Made by a program: the position numbers and the translations under genes. Shown in pieces: positions 11,347 to 18,714 of a stretch of DNA of 32,000 nucleotides; the stretch's first letter is position 1; each line of letters opens with the position of its first letter. The notes beneath the pieces are model-generated. The model was given only the letters and a program-made list of their open reading frames with translations, had not been told where the DNA came from and did not search any database. Source of the stretch: Prochlorococcus sp. MIT 0801 (GTDB lineage: Bacteria > Cyanobacteriota > Cyanobacteriia > PCC-6307 > Cyanobiaceae); NCBI RefSeq assembly GCF_000757865.1, contig NZ_CP007754.1:1590001-1622000 (forward strand), in the 5' to 3' direction.

Positions 11347-12123
11347 ATGCGTCAGGTCTGGTTAATTTCAGGTCCTCCAGGTTGTGGTAAAACCAGTTGG
11401 ATCCTTGATAGATTAAAAAAACATAATAGTTCTTGTGGTTTTCTTCGCCTTTCAGGATTCTCAGAGAACTCTTTGGAACAGGCAAACTCTAATGAGATTG
11501 ATTATGTATTTCTTAAAGATCAAATACCACAGCTAATAGATTTATCTAAATCCTCTGATCAACTCTGTACTGATCAAGATGGTTTGTTGTTATTCATTGA
11601 GCTTCCACAGTTTTATCTTCCTAAGGAATCTGGATTGGCTGGCATTGATCGACGTGTTATTAACCAGCTTGAGAATTTAAAACTTATACCTGATAAATAT
11701 CTCCATTTTGGCCGTGACAATGAATTGCCAATTGTTGACACATTAAACTTTGAAAAGATCGAATCCTTAAGTATCAACCTCAATGAAACTGTTTGGGATC
11801 CGCCAAGCCTAAATACTTTTTGGTTTGAATTAGTTAATGGTGCATATGGAGATGTATATCGAGCAAAAGCCCTGATGAATATCATTGATGGACGATTTAT
11901 GTTGTTCAACTGGATTGTTAGTCGAAATGGTTCGCAGTTTTTGCAACTAAATAATTTTGCGCCACCCAAAGGGAGACCTCAGCGAATATCGCAACTAATT
12001 ATTCAAGGAAGAAATCTTGATTTTGTAAGCATTAAATCTACTGTCAATCTTTGTCTTGTAAATGATGCTGTATTGCAGTTCCATCAAGCTTCTCTTGGCA
12101 ATCAACAATTAGCAGCAACTTAA
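11347..12123 (+). CDS. degenerate G3E/COG0523-like P-loop protein (Walker A present, no CxCC or NKxD)
   Basis: 258 aa. N-terminal GPPGCGKTSW Walker A, a FIELP segment at the Walker-B position, and a C-terminal part resembling a CobW_C domain (..FWFELVNGAYGDVYRAKALMNI..ISQLIIQGRNLD). The family assignment rests on motif inspection only. Confidence 0.65.
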   Translation: MRQVWLISGPPGCGKTSWILDRLKKHNSSCGFLRLSGFSENSLEQANSNEIDYVFLKDQIPQLIDLSKSSDQLCTDQDGLLLFIELPQFYLPKESGLAGIDRRVINQLENLKLIPDKYLHFGRDNELPIVDTLNFEKIESLSINLNETVWDPPSLNTFWFELVNGAYGDVYRAKALMNIIDGRFMLFNWIVSRNGSQFLQLNNFAPPKGRPQRISQLIIQGRNLDFVSIKSTVNLCLVNDAVLQFHQASLGNQQLAAT

Positions 12124-12135
12124 TAAAGTTTACTT

Positions 12136-12951
12136 ATGAAACAAGCAGTTATCTCATGTTTACATGCCAACCTCCCTGCTGTAGAGGCTGTACTTAACGA
12201 CATCGATCGTCAAGGAATTGATATCATTACTTGCCTTGGTGACTTGGTGGGCTATGGACCGCATCCAAATGAGGTTGTGGAGTTAATAAGAGAGCGTAAT
12301 ATTGCCACCTGTCAGGGTTGTTGGGACGAAGATGTTGTCGATGGACTTGATGCCTGTGATTGTAGCTATCCCTCCCAACTTGCCGAAAGACGTGGACACG
12401 AAGCTCACAAATGGACTACTACAAAGTTGTCGAATAAAAATAAGAGTTTTCTAGCTAGCCTTCCAAAATCTATACGTAGAAATAAATTGCTTTTTGTTCA
12501 TGGCAGCCCTAATAGTCAACATGAATATCTCCTTCCAGATATGGATGCATTTGCAGCGTTAGAAAGAGTAGAAATGGCTGGAGCTGAAACTTTATTTTGT
12601 GGTCATACACACTTACCTTATCTTCGTGAATTAGGAAATGGAACAATTCGAGTAAGTCTTAAAAACAGTCCTAAGAATAAATTAGAAAATAAAGAAATGA
12701 ATTTACCTATGAGAAGGATAGTCAATGCAGGGTCTGTTGGCGAACCGCGTCATGGAGGGATTAATGCTACCTATGTGATTTACGACGATGAAACAAACAA
12801 TATTGATATAAAAGAAGTTTCATATGATATTAATCGAACCTGCAAAGCTATCATAGAAGTTGGGCTACCTCATATATTTGCATGGCGCCTGAGTCATGGC
12901 TTTGAATTTGCAGAACTGGCCGAGGATGCTAGTCATGTGTGTGAAAGATGA
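12136..12951 (+). CDS. metallophosphoesterase (YfcE/MJ0936-like) with Cys substitutions at canonical metal-ligand positions
   Basis: 271 aa. Motif II GDLVGYG, motif IV FVHGSP and motif V CGHTHLPY are intact. Motif I reads SCLHAN (Asp replaced by Cys). Motif III reads GCWDED instead of GNHD/GNCD. There is an extra DACDC pair. Confidence 0.85.
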   Translation: MKQAVISCLHANLPAVEAVLNDIDRQGIDIITCLGDLVGYGPHPNEVVELIRERNIATCQGCWDEDVVDGLDACDCSYPSQLAERRGHEAHKWTTTKLSNKNKSFLASLPKSIRRNKLLFVHGSPNSQHEYLLPDMDAFAALERVEMAGAETLFCGHTHLPYLRELGNGTIRVSLKNSPKNKLENKEMNLPMRRIVNAGSVGEPRHGGINATYVIYDDETNNIDIKEVSYDINRTCKAIIEVGLPHIFAWRLSHGFEFAELAEDASHVCER

Positions 12952-13661
12952 TTGAACGCTGGGCATTAATAAGTGGTTTAAAGGGCGACCTTGAGACTTA
13001 TGCACTTATTCAAAAGAATTTAAAAAAAATTCAAGGAGATATAAAATTATTTGTTTTGGGTGACATGGTAGGAGCAGCAAGAAATTGCGATGCATTGATC
13101 GACCGTCTAATCAATCCTCTCCCTGGCGATTTCAAGCCCCAATGTATTTATGGTTGGTGGGAAGATCAGCTACTTGCAGAACGGGGTTATCGTGGAGAAC
13201 AAAAGGCAGATGCTTTAAGACTAAATGAAGGAGAAAGCGTAGTTAAAGCTCTTGTAAATGCGGTTGATCCGTATTATTTAAATTGGTTGGCTTCTCTTGA
13301 ATTTGGATTTGTCGAATTGGATTGCGGATTGATTCATGGAAGTTCTAAAGACGTTGGAGATTCTCTAACAAAGGACACACCTCCTCTTATCCTTTTGGAC
13401 CGTCTTACTCGACTTGGTGTGAATAGATTGTTTACAGCAAGAAGTGCTCAACAATTTCATCTTGAATTGACTGACGCTGTAGTTAACTCATACGTCAAAG
13501 ATTTAGGTGGTAATCGTAAGCAAGAACAGAGAATGCCTAAGAGAGGAGTTATAGGAATTGGTGCTGGCGCTTATTACACTCTTTATGATGTTGGAAGTGA
13601 TAAAACTCACTTTCTTAATGTTCTTGATCAGCCTAAATCAACTGCAAGGGGATTTGGGTAA
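12948..13661 (+). CDS. metallophosphoesterase-like paralogue, apparently catalytically degenerate
   Basis: 237 aa. Its start overlaps the upstream stop (ATGA). It keeps GDMVG (motif II) and LIHGSS (motif IV). Motif I is ISGLKGD (no Asp or His), motif III is YGWWED, and no GHxH motif V is present. Confidence 0.7.
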   Translation: MIERWALISGLKGDLETYALIQKNLKKIQGDIKLFVLGDMVGAARNCDALIDRLINPLPGDFKPQCIYGWWEDQLLAERGYRGEQKADALRLNEGESVVKALVNAVDPYYLNWLASLEFGFVELDCGLIHGSSKDVGDSLTKDTPPLILLDRLTRLGVNRLFTARSAQQFHLELTDAVVNSYVKDLGGNRKQEQRMPKRGVIGIGAGAYYTLYDVGSDKTHFLNVLDQPKSTARGFG

Positions 13662-13682
13662 TTAAATTTTTAAAAACTTCTG

Positions 13683-14165
13683 TTATAGAAAAGAGGGATC
13701 TAAAAGTGATGGTCGATAAGAAAGCACAAATGGACGATGCTCACTTTTAACTGCCACAATCACATCTTCTCCCGTATGCCAAATCCATTGTTGCTGAGGA
13801 GAGCCACCTTCAACATTAACACTTGTACCAACTGGAGGACCAAAGCGATACCTTAATCCTGCCAAGACTTCAGTCATGTTTTCATTGTCTATTTCATAAG
13901 CCAGTTGCTTTAATCCGTCCTCATTTTCAATTCGAACTCGAAGAACCTCTACAGGTAATCCACTGATCTGAATATCTTTAACCTCGAAAAGATTCCGGGT
14001 TATTTCTTCTTTGATGGGACTGAAAGATATACCAAGATGGCTCTCTATCTTTTGAAGGTCCATTCCCCACGTCAAACCCTCAACACATGCAAATACTGGC
14101 TGAGAACAAATCTGAATAAGAAAAGCAAAAACTATAATCAAAATATATTTAGAAGCCTTATTCAT
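13683..14165 (-). CDS. secreted protein or possible lipoprotein of unknown function
   Basis: 160 aa with a clear signal peptide (KYILIIVFAFLIQICSQPVFA/C). I did not recognise a domain. Confidence 0.6.
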   Translation of the reverse strand: MNKASKYILIIVFAFLIQICSQPVFACVEGLTWGMDLQKIESHLGISFSPIKEEITRNLFEVKDIQISGLPVEVLRVRIENEDGLKQLAYEIDNENMTEVLAGLRYRFGPPVGTSVNVEGGSPQQQWIWHTGEDVIVAVKSEHRPFVLSYRPSLLDPSFL

Positions 14166-14257
14166 AGTTGAATTGAACCCTTATTAATCTTGATAATAGA
14201 TCTTTAAATATAAATAGTCATTATTGTCACTCTTCAGACATTAGATCTCCACTATAG

Positions 14258-14280
14258 AGATAATATCTTTTATATTATCT
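14258..14280. promoter_or_regulatory. AT-only 9-5-9 inverted repeat with GATAAT/ATTATC arms (Fur-box-like operator or weak hairpin)
   Basis: AGATAATAT-CTTTT-ATATTATCT is a perfect inverted repeat. It lies between the porin 3' end (14320) and the start of the 13683-14165 gene. Confidence 0.3.
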
Positions 14281-14319
14281 ACGCAATTAGCTTAATCAAA
14301 GTATAAGCAAACATTAGCA

Positions 14320-15518
14320 TCAGAACTCGAAAGTGGTTTTCACCAAAGCTCCATTAACGTCCTCTTTACCATCTTGTTCAATAACAAAAATAGCTGGAGT
14401 AACTGTGACGCTATCGTTCACCGTAAAATCATAAAAAGCTTCCCAAGCCAAAGGATCATCATAACCACTGTCATCTCTATGAGTTTCGGCTGTTCCAATA
14501 CCAAATCCAAACTTATTTCCCTCAATAAACGCATCATTCCATAGGAAGCCAACAGACCATGTATTGCCATCCTCCACCTTATTCATTGCAGTATCAGGAT
14601 TATCCTCGTTTTCAGGATTCTTCCAACCAATACCAGCACTCAAGCTGTAGTCGTCTCCGAATTGATAGCTACCACTAATTCCATAAGACGAGTAATCATT
14701 CACATCAGGAGAATTATCAGTATTCCCGTTATCCGCTTGGGTATAGGCCGCTGCAAGAGTAAATTTATCATCAACCCATGCCAACTGAGTCGTTATGTGA
14801 TCTTTACCTTCATCAGTTAAAAAACCAATCGAAGAATTTGATGCGTCTTCTGAAACGAAGAGAGCAGAAGCAACTAATTTGTCATGAGACCAAGTAATAC
14901 CAGCACCCGCTCCCATTTTTTTGGAATAAGTATCATTGGCCCCTGCCTGGTTTAGTACAAATAAAACTCCATCGCTTGGGTAATCACTTGGCCACACACC
15001 AAGTAAATCATCTTGACGAAGCTTGGGACCAAAAGTTACTTGAATATCATCTCCCAAGGAAACTGATAATAAGCCTTGTGAAGTTCCAACGAATCACTAC
15101 TACTAAAAGCAGTATCTAATCTTGCCTCACCCATCATTCCGAAGGGTTCCATCATGCCAAAATTACCTATCCGAACAGCAGTTTTAAGCATGTCTTGACC
15201 TGTGAAACTGGTCATAAACATTAACTTTGTATCGTAGTGAAAAACTGTCCCATCCTTGTCCTCAGAAGTAGACATTCCACCCATTCCACCCATTCCACCC
15301 ATTCCACCCATTCCAGAATCACTTACGCCATCTATTCCACCCAAAACAAAAGTTGTTTTTCCCATAAACATAGTTGAAGGATATGAATCTCCCATATTCA
15401 TGTGACCACCATGGTGATCATGATGACCTTTGTTCTTTTCACTTCCTGCTTCAACAGCCATTGGAGCCATGAAACCTAAGGCAGTAGGGATTGAAAGTAA
15501 TTGAGCAAAGAGCCTCAT
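14320..15518 (-). pseudogene. outer-membrane porin (cyanobacterial OprB-like beta-barrel, no SLH domain seen) split by a 1-nt frameshift
   Basis: ORFs 15036-15518 and 14320-15057 are the N- and C-terminal parts of one protein. The N part has a signal peptide, HHDHHGGH and (GMG)n. The C part is Gly/Asp/aromatic-rich and ends ..TTFEF, a terminal Phe typical of OM barrels. Adding one T to the minus-strand cagtttccTTggg (about 15056-15060) would give ..YYQFPLGDDIQVTFGPK... Confidence 0.75.
15273..15315 (-). repeat. 9-nt tandem repeat (CATTCCACC, ~4.8 copies) encoding (GMG)n in the porin
   Basis: Direct reading: cattccacc occurs 4 times followed by cattcca. It is in frame and encodes GMGGMGGMGGMGGM on the minus strand. 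Confidence 0.9.
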
Positions 15519-15528
15519 AGGTCTAAAG

Positions 15529-15560
15529 AACTAGCAAAACTAGCAAAACTAGCAAAACTA
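15529..15560. repeat. 9-nt tandem repeat (AACTAGCAA, ~3.5 copies) immediately upstream of the porin start codon
   Basis: aactagcaa occurs 3 times followed by aacta, beginning 11 nt from the porin ATG (15518, minus strand). It therefore lies in the porin 5' leader/RBS region. Confidence 0.9.
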
Positions 15561-15658
15561 TTCATGTGTCATGAAGATAACTTCTCAGGCTTGTTAAAGG
15601 CATTAAATATGTGTCTTTAGATACAAAGAATTTTTTTTAGTCTTTGCCAGAAAAAAGC

Positions 15659-15681
15659 TGAAAATCAATTTCCATCAAAAT
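15659..15681. promoter_or_regulatory. weak, half-site-level match to the Zur-box-like motif in the porin / WMPC-lipoprotein divergent region
   Basis: TGAAAATCAATTTCCATCAAAAT shares TGAAAAT with both stronger boxes. Its reverse complement (..ATGGAAATTGATTTTCA) resembles 11290-11305 (ATGGAAATCATTTTCA) with a 1-nt insertion. It is followed by TATAGT. Confidence 0.25.
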
Positions 15682-15818
15682 ATAGTCTCACAAAGAAGAA
15701 ATAAAGGATAGTTGGATGATTTAATTACTTTTCTGTTCTAATTTTTCTGAAATACTCAATGACAAAGTTCTAGGCTTGATTAAGCTAAAGACTAGATTTA
15801 CTAGCTAAAACTAGATAA

Positions 15819-16076
15819 ATGGACAAACTTAAGCCTATTCTCTCCACAATTATTCTTTCTTTATCATTTTCACTAATAGGATGTTCAGATAATAGTCAAA
15901 CACAAGGTACTCCCTCTCTTTTTGAGACAAAAATAGAAGCCGAAAAAGCAGCCAAGGATTTCAATTGCACTGGAGCTCATAAAATGGGTGACAAATGGAT
16001 GCCTTGTAAAAGTCATTCTGCTCATGAAGATAAAGAGAATAACAACTCAAGAAATGAACATCACCATCATCACTAG
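15819..16076 (+). CDS. small lipoprotein with a Cys/His/Met 'WMPC' mini-domain (DUF3721-like, from memory) and a C-terminal His5 tail
   Basis: 85 aa. Lipobox SLIGC. Motif FNCTGAHKMGDKWMPCKSH. Ends NEHHHHH. Confidence 0.75.
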   Translation: MDKLKPILSTIILSLSFSLIGCSDNSQTQGTPSLFETKIEAEKAAKDFNCTGAHKMGDKWMPCKSHSAHEDKENNNSRNEHHHHH

Positions 16077-16091
16077 ATTTTCGAACAATAA

Positions 16092-16535
16092 ATGACAACC
16101 AACAATAGTACTAATCAAAAAGAGATCGAAGGTCCTTCGCATTGTGGAAGCAAACCAAAAAAAATTGCATTTGGCATAGCACCACTTGGATTCATTTCCA
16201 TTGGAATTGTTCCCATGGGGATTGTTAGCATTGGAATTGTTCCCATGGGTGTCGTTTCTATTGGCGCTGTAGCCATGGGAGTATTGAATGCATCAATAAT
16301 CGGTATGGGAATATTTTCTGCCGGAATAACAACCATGGGTCTAAAGGTATGGAGTCCAGAAAACAATGCTCTTCAGGAGTCAATCAATCGTTCTAATTCT
16401 TCGTCTTCAAAAAATATATATGCATATCCAACCAAAGCTCAGGCAGAGATCGAAGCCAAAAAGATCGGATGCAATGGTGTCCATAAGATGGGTAAATTAT
16501 GGATGCCTTGTGCAATCCATATAAACCCTAACTAA
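16092..16535 (+). CDS. membrane protein with six tandem Gly/Met decapeptide repeats plus a C-terminal WMPC (DUF3721-like) mini-domain
   Basis: 147 aa. Residues ~27-86 read FGIAPLGFIS IGIVPMGIVS IGIVPMGVVS IGAVAMGVLN ASIIGMGIFS AGITTMGLKV. The C-terminus IGCNGVHKMGKLWMPCAIH is paralogous to the upstream gene. It lies 15 nt downstream of the previous stop. Confidence 0.7.
   Translation: MTTNNSTNQKEIEGPSHCGSKPKKIAFGIAPLGFISIGIVPMGIVSIGIVPMGVVSIGAVAMGVLNASIIGMGIFSAGITTMGLKVWSPENNALQESINRSNSSSSKNIYAYPTKAQAEIEAKKIGCNGVHKMGKLWMPCAIHINPN
16199..16249 (+). repeat. exact 21-nt direct repeat with a 30-nt period inside the decapeptide-repeat region
   Basis: cattggaattgttcccatggg occurs at 16199-16219 and again at 16229-16249. 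Confidence 0.9.
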
Positions 16536-16667
16536 TCTTGAAGTAATTAAGAATTTAAAGTTGTGGTATAAAGTTCTTGGCAATATATCTAAAAAAGAAT
16601 AAATTCATCCCCCTGTTTTGTAACAAATCAGGATTTAATTAACTTTCAAAAAGTGATCTTAATTGGT

Positions 16668-17285
16668 CTAAGAATATATATCTTCAACTAACTTTGAACC
16701 CTTTTCGCAAATTTGCTCCTGTGAAGGGAACTCTTTATCGGAGCAACAACATTCTCCTTTATCTGAATTGTTGATCCAATTAATAATTCCTGTTCGAATT
16801 GGTTGAGGACATACGTCTCCTTCTTTGAGGTGATTAATTTCTTCGCTTGTTAAAGGATCAGCATGTTCAATAAAAAGAGACTCTTTAAGCCTAAAAGAAC
16901 ATGTCTCATTCCATTGTTCAAAACAATTTATATGGTTTATAAAATCATTCCATGCTTCTTTCATTGATCTATATCCCTTCCTTTTTAACTCTTTGCTGAA
17001 AACAGCTTTAATGAATTCATTGAAATTCTGCAATTCATGAGGTGTAAAAGATGGTGTGACATGGCTTGCATAATTAGGAAAGTCAAGTTTCTTCTCTATT
17101 GATTGCAGTCTTTGTTCAATCGTGTGAAATCGAGAATCTATCGATTCAACAGGTATATTATCTATTTGATTAACAAAACAATCAGAGACATAACTAACCA
17201 ATGATTTTCCCGAAATCCTCGCACTCTCTTTAATCTTTTCTAAAAGTTTTGGGTCAATACTTACATTGAGTTGCGTTCTCTTCAT
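16668..17285 (-). CDS. ribbon-helix-helix (CopG/Arc-like) N-terminal domain protein with a Cys-rich C-terminal region
   Basis: 205 aa. The N-terminus KRTQLNVSIDPKLLEKIKESARISGKSLVSYVSDCF fits a strand-helix-helix RHH pattern. The C-terminal half carries NCFEQWNETC, DVCPQP and GECCCSD...ICEKG. Confidence 0.6.
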   Translation of the reverse strand: MKRTQLNVSIDPKLLEKIKESARISGKSLVSYVSDCFVNQIDNIPVESIDSRFHTIEQRLQSIEKKLDFPNYASHVTPSFTPHELQNFNEFIKAVFSKELKRKGYRSMKEAWNDFINHINCFEQWNETCSFRLKESLFIEHADPLTSEEINHLKEGDVCPQPIRTGIINWINNSDKGECCCSDKEFPSQEQICEKGSKLVEDIYS

Positions 17286-17446
17286 GAGTTAATCAATGAA
17301 AGGGTGGAAAATATCCAAGTAATTAATATTTTATTGAATTCAAAAACATATCGTTACCATTTTTAGATTTCTTGATCTTTAAGAAACTATCTCTTTTCAT
17401 CCATCCACAAAGCAACTCTTAGAAGCAATTAAGAGTAAAAATAAAT

Positions 17447-18232
17447 CTATCTATTGTTTGGTAGCAAAATCAATGAAATTACACAAAGAACACTAATAAG
17501 AGGGCCAGGAGGCAAATTCATAACCATAGCAAGCGAAAAACCAATGATCGATAAAGCTAATCCAAATATGGAAGATCGAACCATAGCAACCCTCAGAGAT
17601 CTAGCTTTCTGTAAACCCAACAAAGTTGGTGTTGAGAGTAACGCAATCACAAGGATGACCCCAACTGCTGACATTGAGCTCACAATGACAAGTGCAGTGG
17701 TAAATCCCAGAGCTAAATTTAAAAAAGACACATTAACGCCACTTGAAGCAGCTCCTTCTGGGTCTAAACCAATATGAACAAGCTTGTCGTAACCAAAAAG
17801 CATTAAGCAAATGAATGCCGAGAACGCAATCAAAGTTCTTAACAAATCGCTCAAATTTGAAGTTAATAAATCTCCAAACAAAACAGCCTCCAAATCAATC
17901 CTGATTCCAAGTAGAGGTATAAGCAAAACACCAAGTCCCATCGAACCAGCAAGAATTGTATTCATTACAGCTTCATAATTTTGATTTTTTTTATTTGTCA
18001 AACTCTCTGCTGCAATAGCTCCCACTAATCCGCTTAAGACACCTCCAATAGATGGGTCAATCCCAAGCGCCATAGCCAAGGCAAGTCCTGGCAAAACACA
18101 GTGTGAAATTAAATTTACTTGAAGAAGCCTTTTATGAGTTATCAATACAGTTCCCATGGCAGGGCAAAGCACTCCTGAAAAAGAAGTTATCAGAAGAGGA
18201 ATGATCCACCAATTTGTATTGATAAAAGACAT
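17447..18232 (-). CDS. znuB: zinc/manganese ABC transporter permease (ABC-3 family)
   Basis: 261 aa, polytopic, with ZnuB/ABC-3-type sequence (..VLITHKRLL..ISHCVLPGLALA..). It sits in a cluster with zur, znuC and znuA. Confidence 0.9.
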   Translation of the reverse strand: MSFINTNWWIIPLLITSFSGVLCPAMGTVLITHKRLLQVNLISHCVLPGLALAMALGIDPSIGGVLSGLVGAIAAESLTNKKNQNYEAVMNTILAGSMGLGVLLIPLLGIRIDLEAVLFGDLLTSNLSDLLRTLIAFSAFICLMLFGYDKLVHIGLDPEGAASSGVNVSFLNLALGFTTALVIVSSMSAVGVILVIALLSTPTLLGLQKARSLRVAMVRSSIFGLALSIIGFSLAMVMNLPPGPLISVLCVISLILLPNNR

Positions 18233-18285
18233 TAAGCAAATGATTTAGTATGGTCAGTTAGACAGATCAAATTAAGATCTTGCTA

Positions 18286-18687
18286 ATGAATACAAGCAAG
18301 CCTGACATAACTAAGAGACAGCAACAACTTCTCAATGAACTCAAGAGATGTCCTGATGAGTTGAGTGGACAAGAACTGCATAGAAAATTTCATAATGGTC
18401 AAAAGGCAATGGGTCTGACGACTGTATATAGGAACTTGCAAGTGTTAGTAAAGCAAGGTTTGATCCGCTCGAGACACCTCCCTAACGGCGAGGTCCTTTA
18501 TGCCCCAGTTGAAAGAGATATTCATCATTTAACTTGCGTAAGCTGCGGGGAAACTACTCGATTGCAGGGATGCCCCGTCAAAACAATGCACATACCCCAG
18601 AAAGCCTCTAAAAAATTTGAGCTGTTGTTTCATACTCTTGAATACTTTGGCCTCTGCCAAAATTGTTCCCAAGGATTGAATGCTTGA
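18286..18687 (+). CDS. zur: Fur-family metalloregulator, Zur-like
   Basis: Winged-helix region (GLTTVYRNLQVLVKQGLI), then HHLTCVSCG and LCQNCSQ CxxC pairs typical of Fur/Zur. Divergent from znuB. The track ORF begins at TTG 18280; ATG 18286 is preferred. Confidence 0.88.
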   Translation: MNTSKPDITKRQQQLLNELKRCPDELSGQELHRKFHNGQKAMGLTTVYRNLQVLVKQGLIRSRHLPNGEVLYAPVERDIHHLTCVSCGETTRLQGCPVKTMHIPQKASKKFELLFHTLEYFGLCQNCSQGLNA

Positions 18688-18714
18688 TCGAATTGCATAA
18701 ATATCAATACACAA

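Noticed and set aside
11347-13661. The P-loop NTPase plus metallophosphoesterase operon read as an SbcCD/Lamassu-like anti-phage or DNA-repair module.
   Set aside because: The proteins are small and have no SMC-type coiled coil or nuclease-specific motifs. The C-terminal part of the NTPase resembles CobW_C. The metal-cluster context and operator fit a metallochaperone/client reading better.
15273-15560. The short tandem repeats (9-mers) considered as a CRISPR-like array.
   Set aside because: The units are contiguous with no spacers, only 9 nt long, and one is in frame within a CDS. No cas genes are present.
16115-16366. Antisense ORF with an IPMGTIPM-type repeat opposite the Gly/Met-repeat gene.
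   Set aside because: It is a shadow of the repeat-encoding region. The + strand ORF has the conserved WMPC domain and sensible operon spacing, and the antisense ORF has neither.
17454-17777. A + strand ORF inside znuB, with similar shadow ORFs in znuC (18912-19106), zur (18529-18714), znuA (19885-20094, 20663-20848), COG0523/WD40 (21721-23779), the htrA-like gene (3230-3439), nusA (4859-5125) and the 11347 gene (11613-11969).
   Set aside because: All are embedded in better-supported genes on the other strand or frame. None has a recognisable motif.
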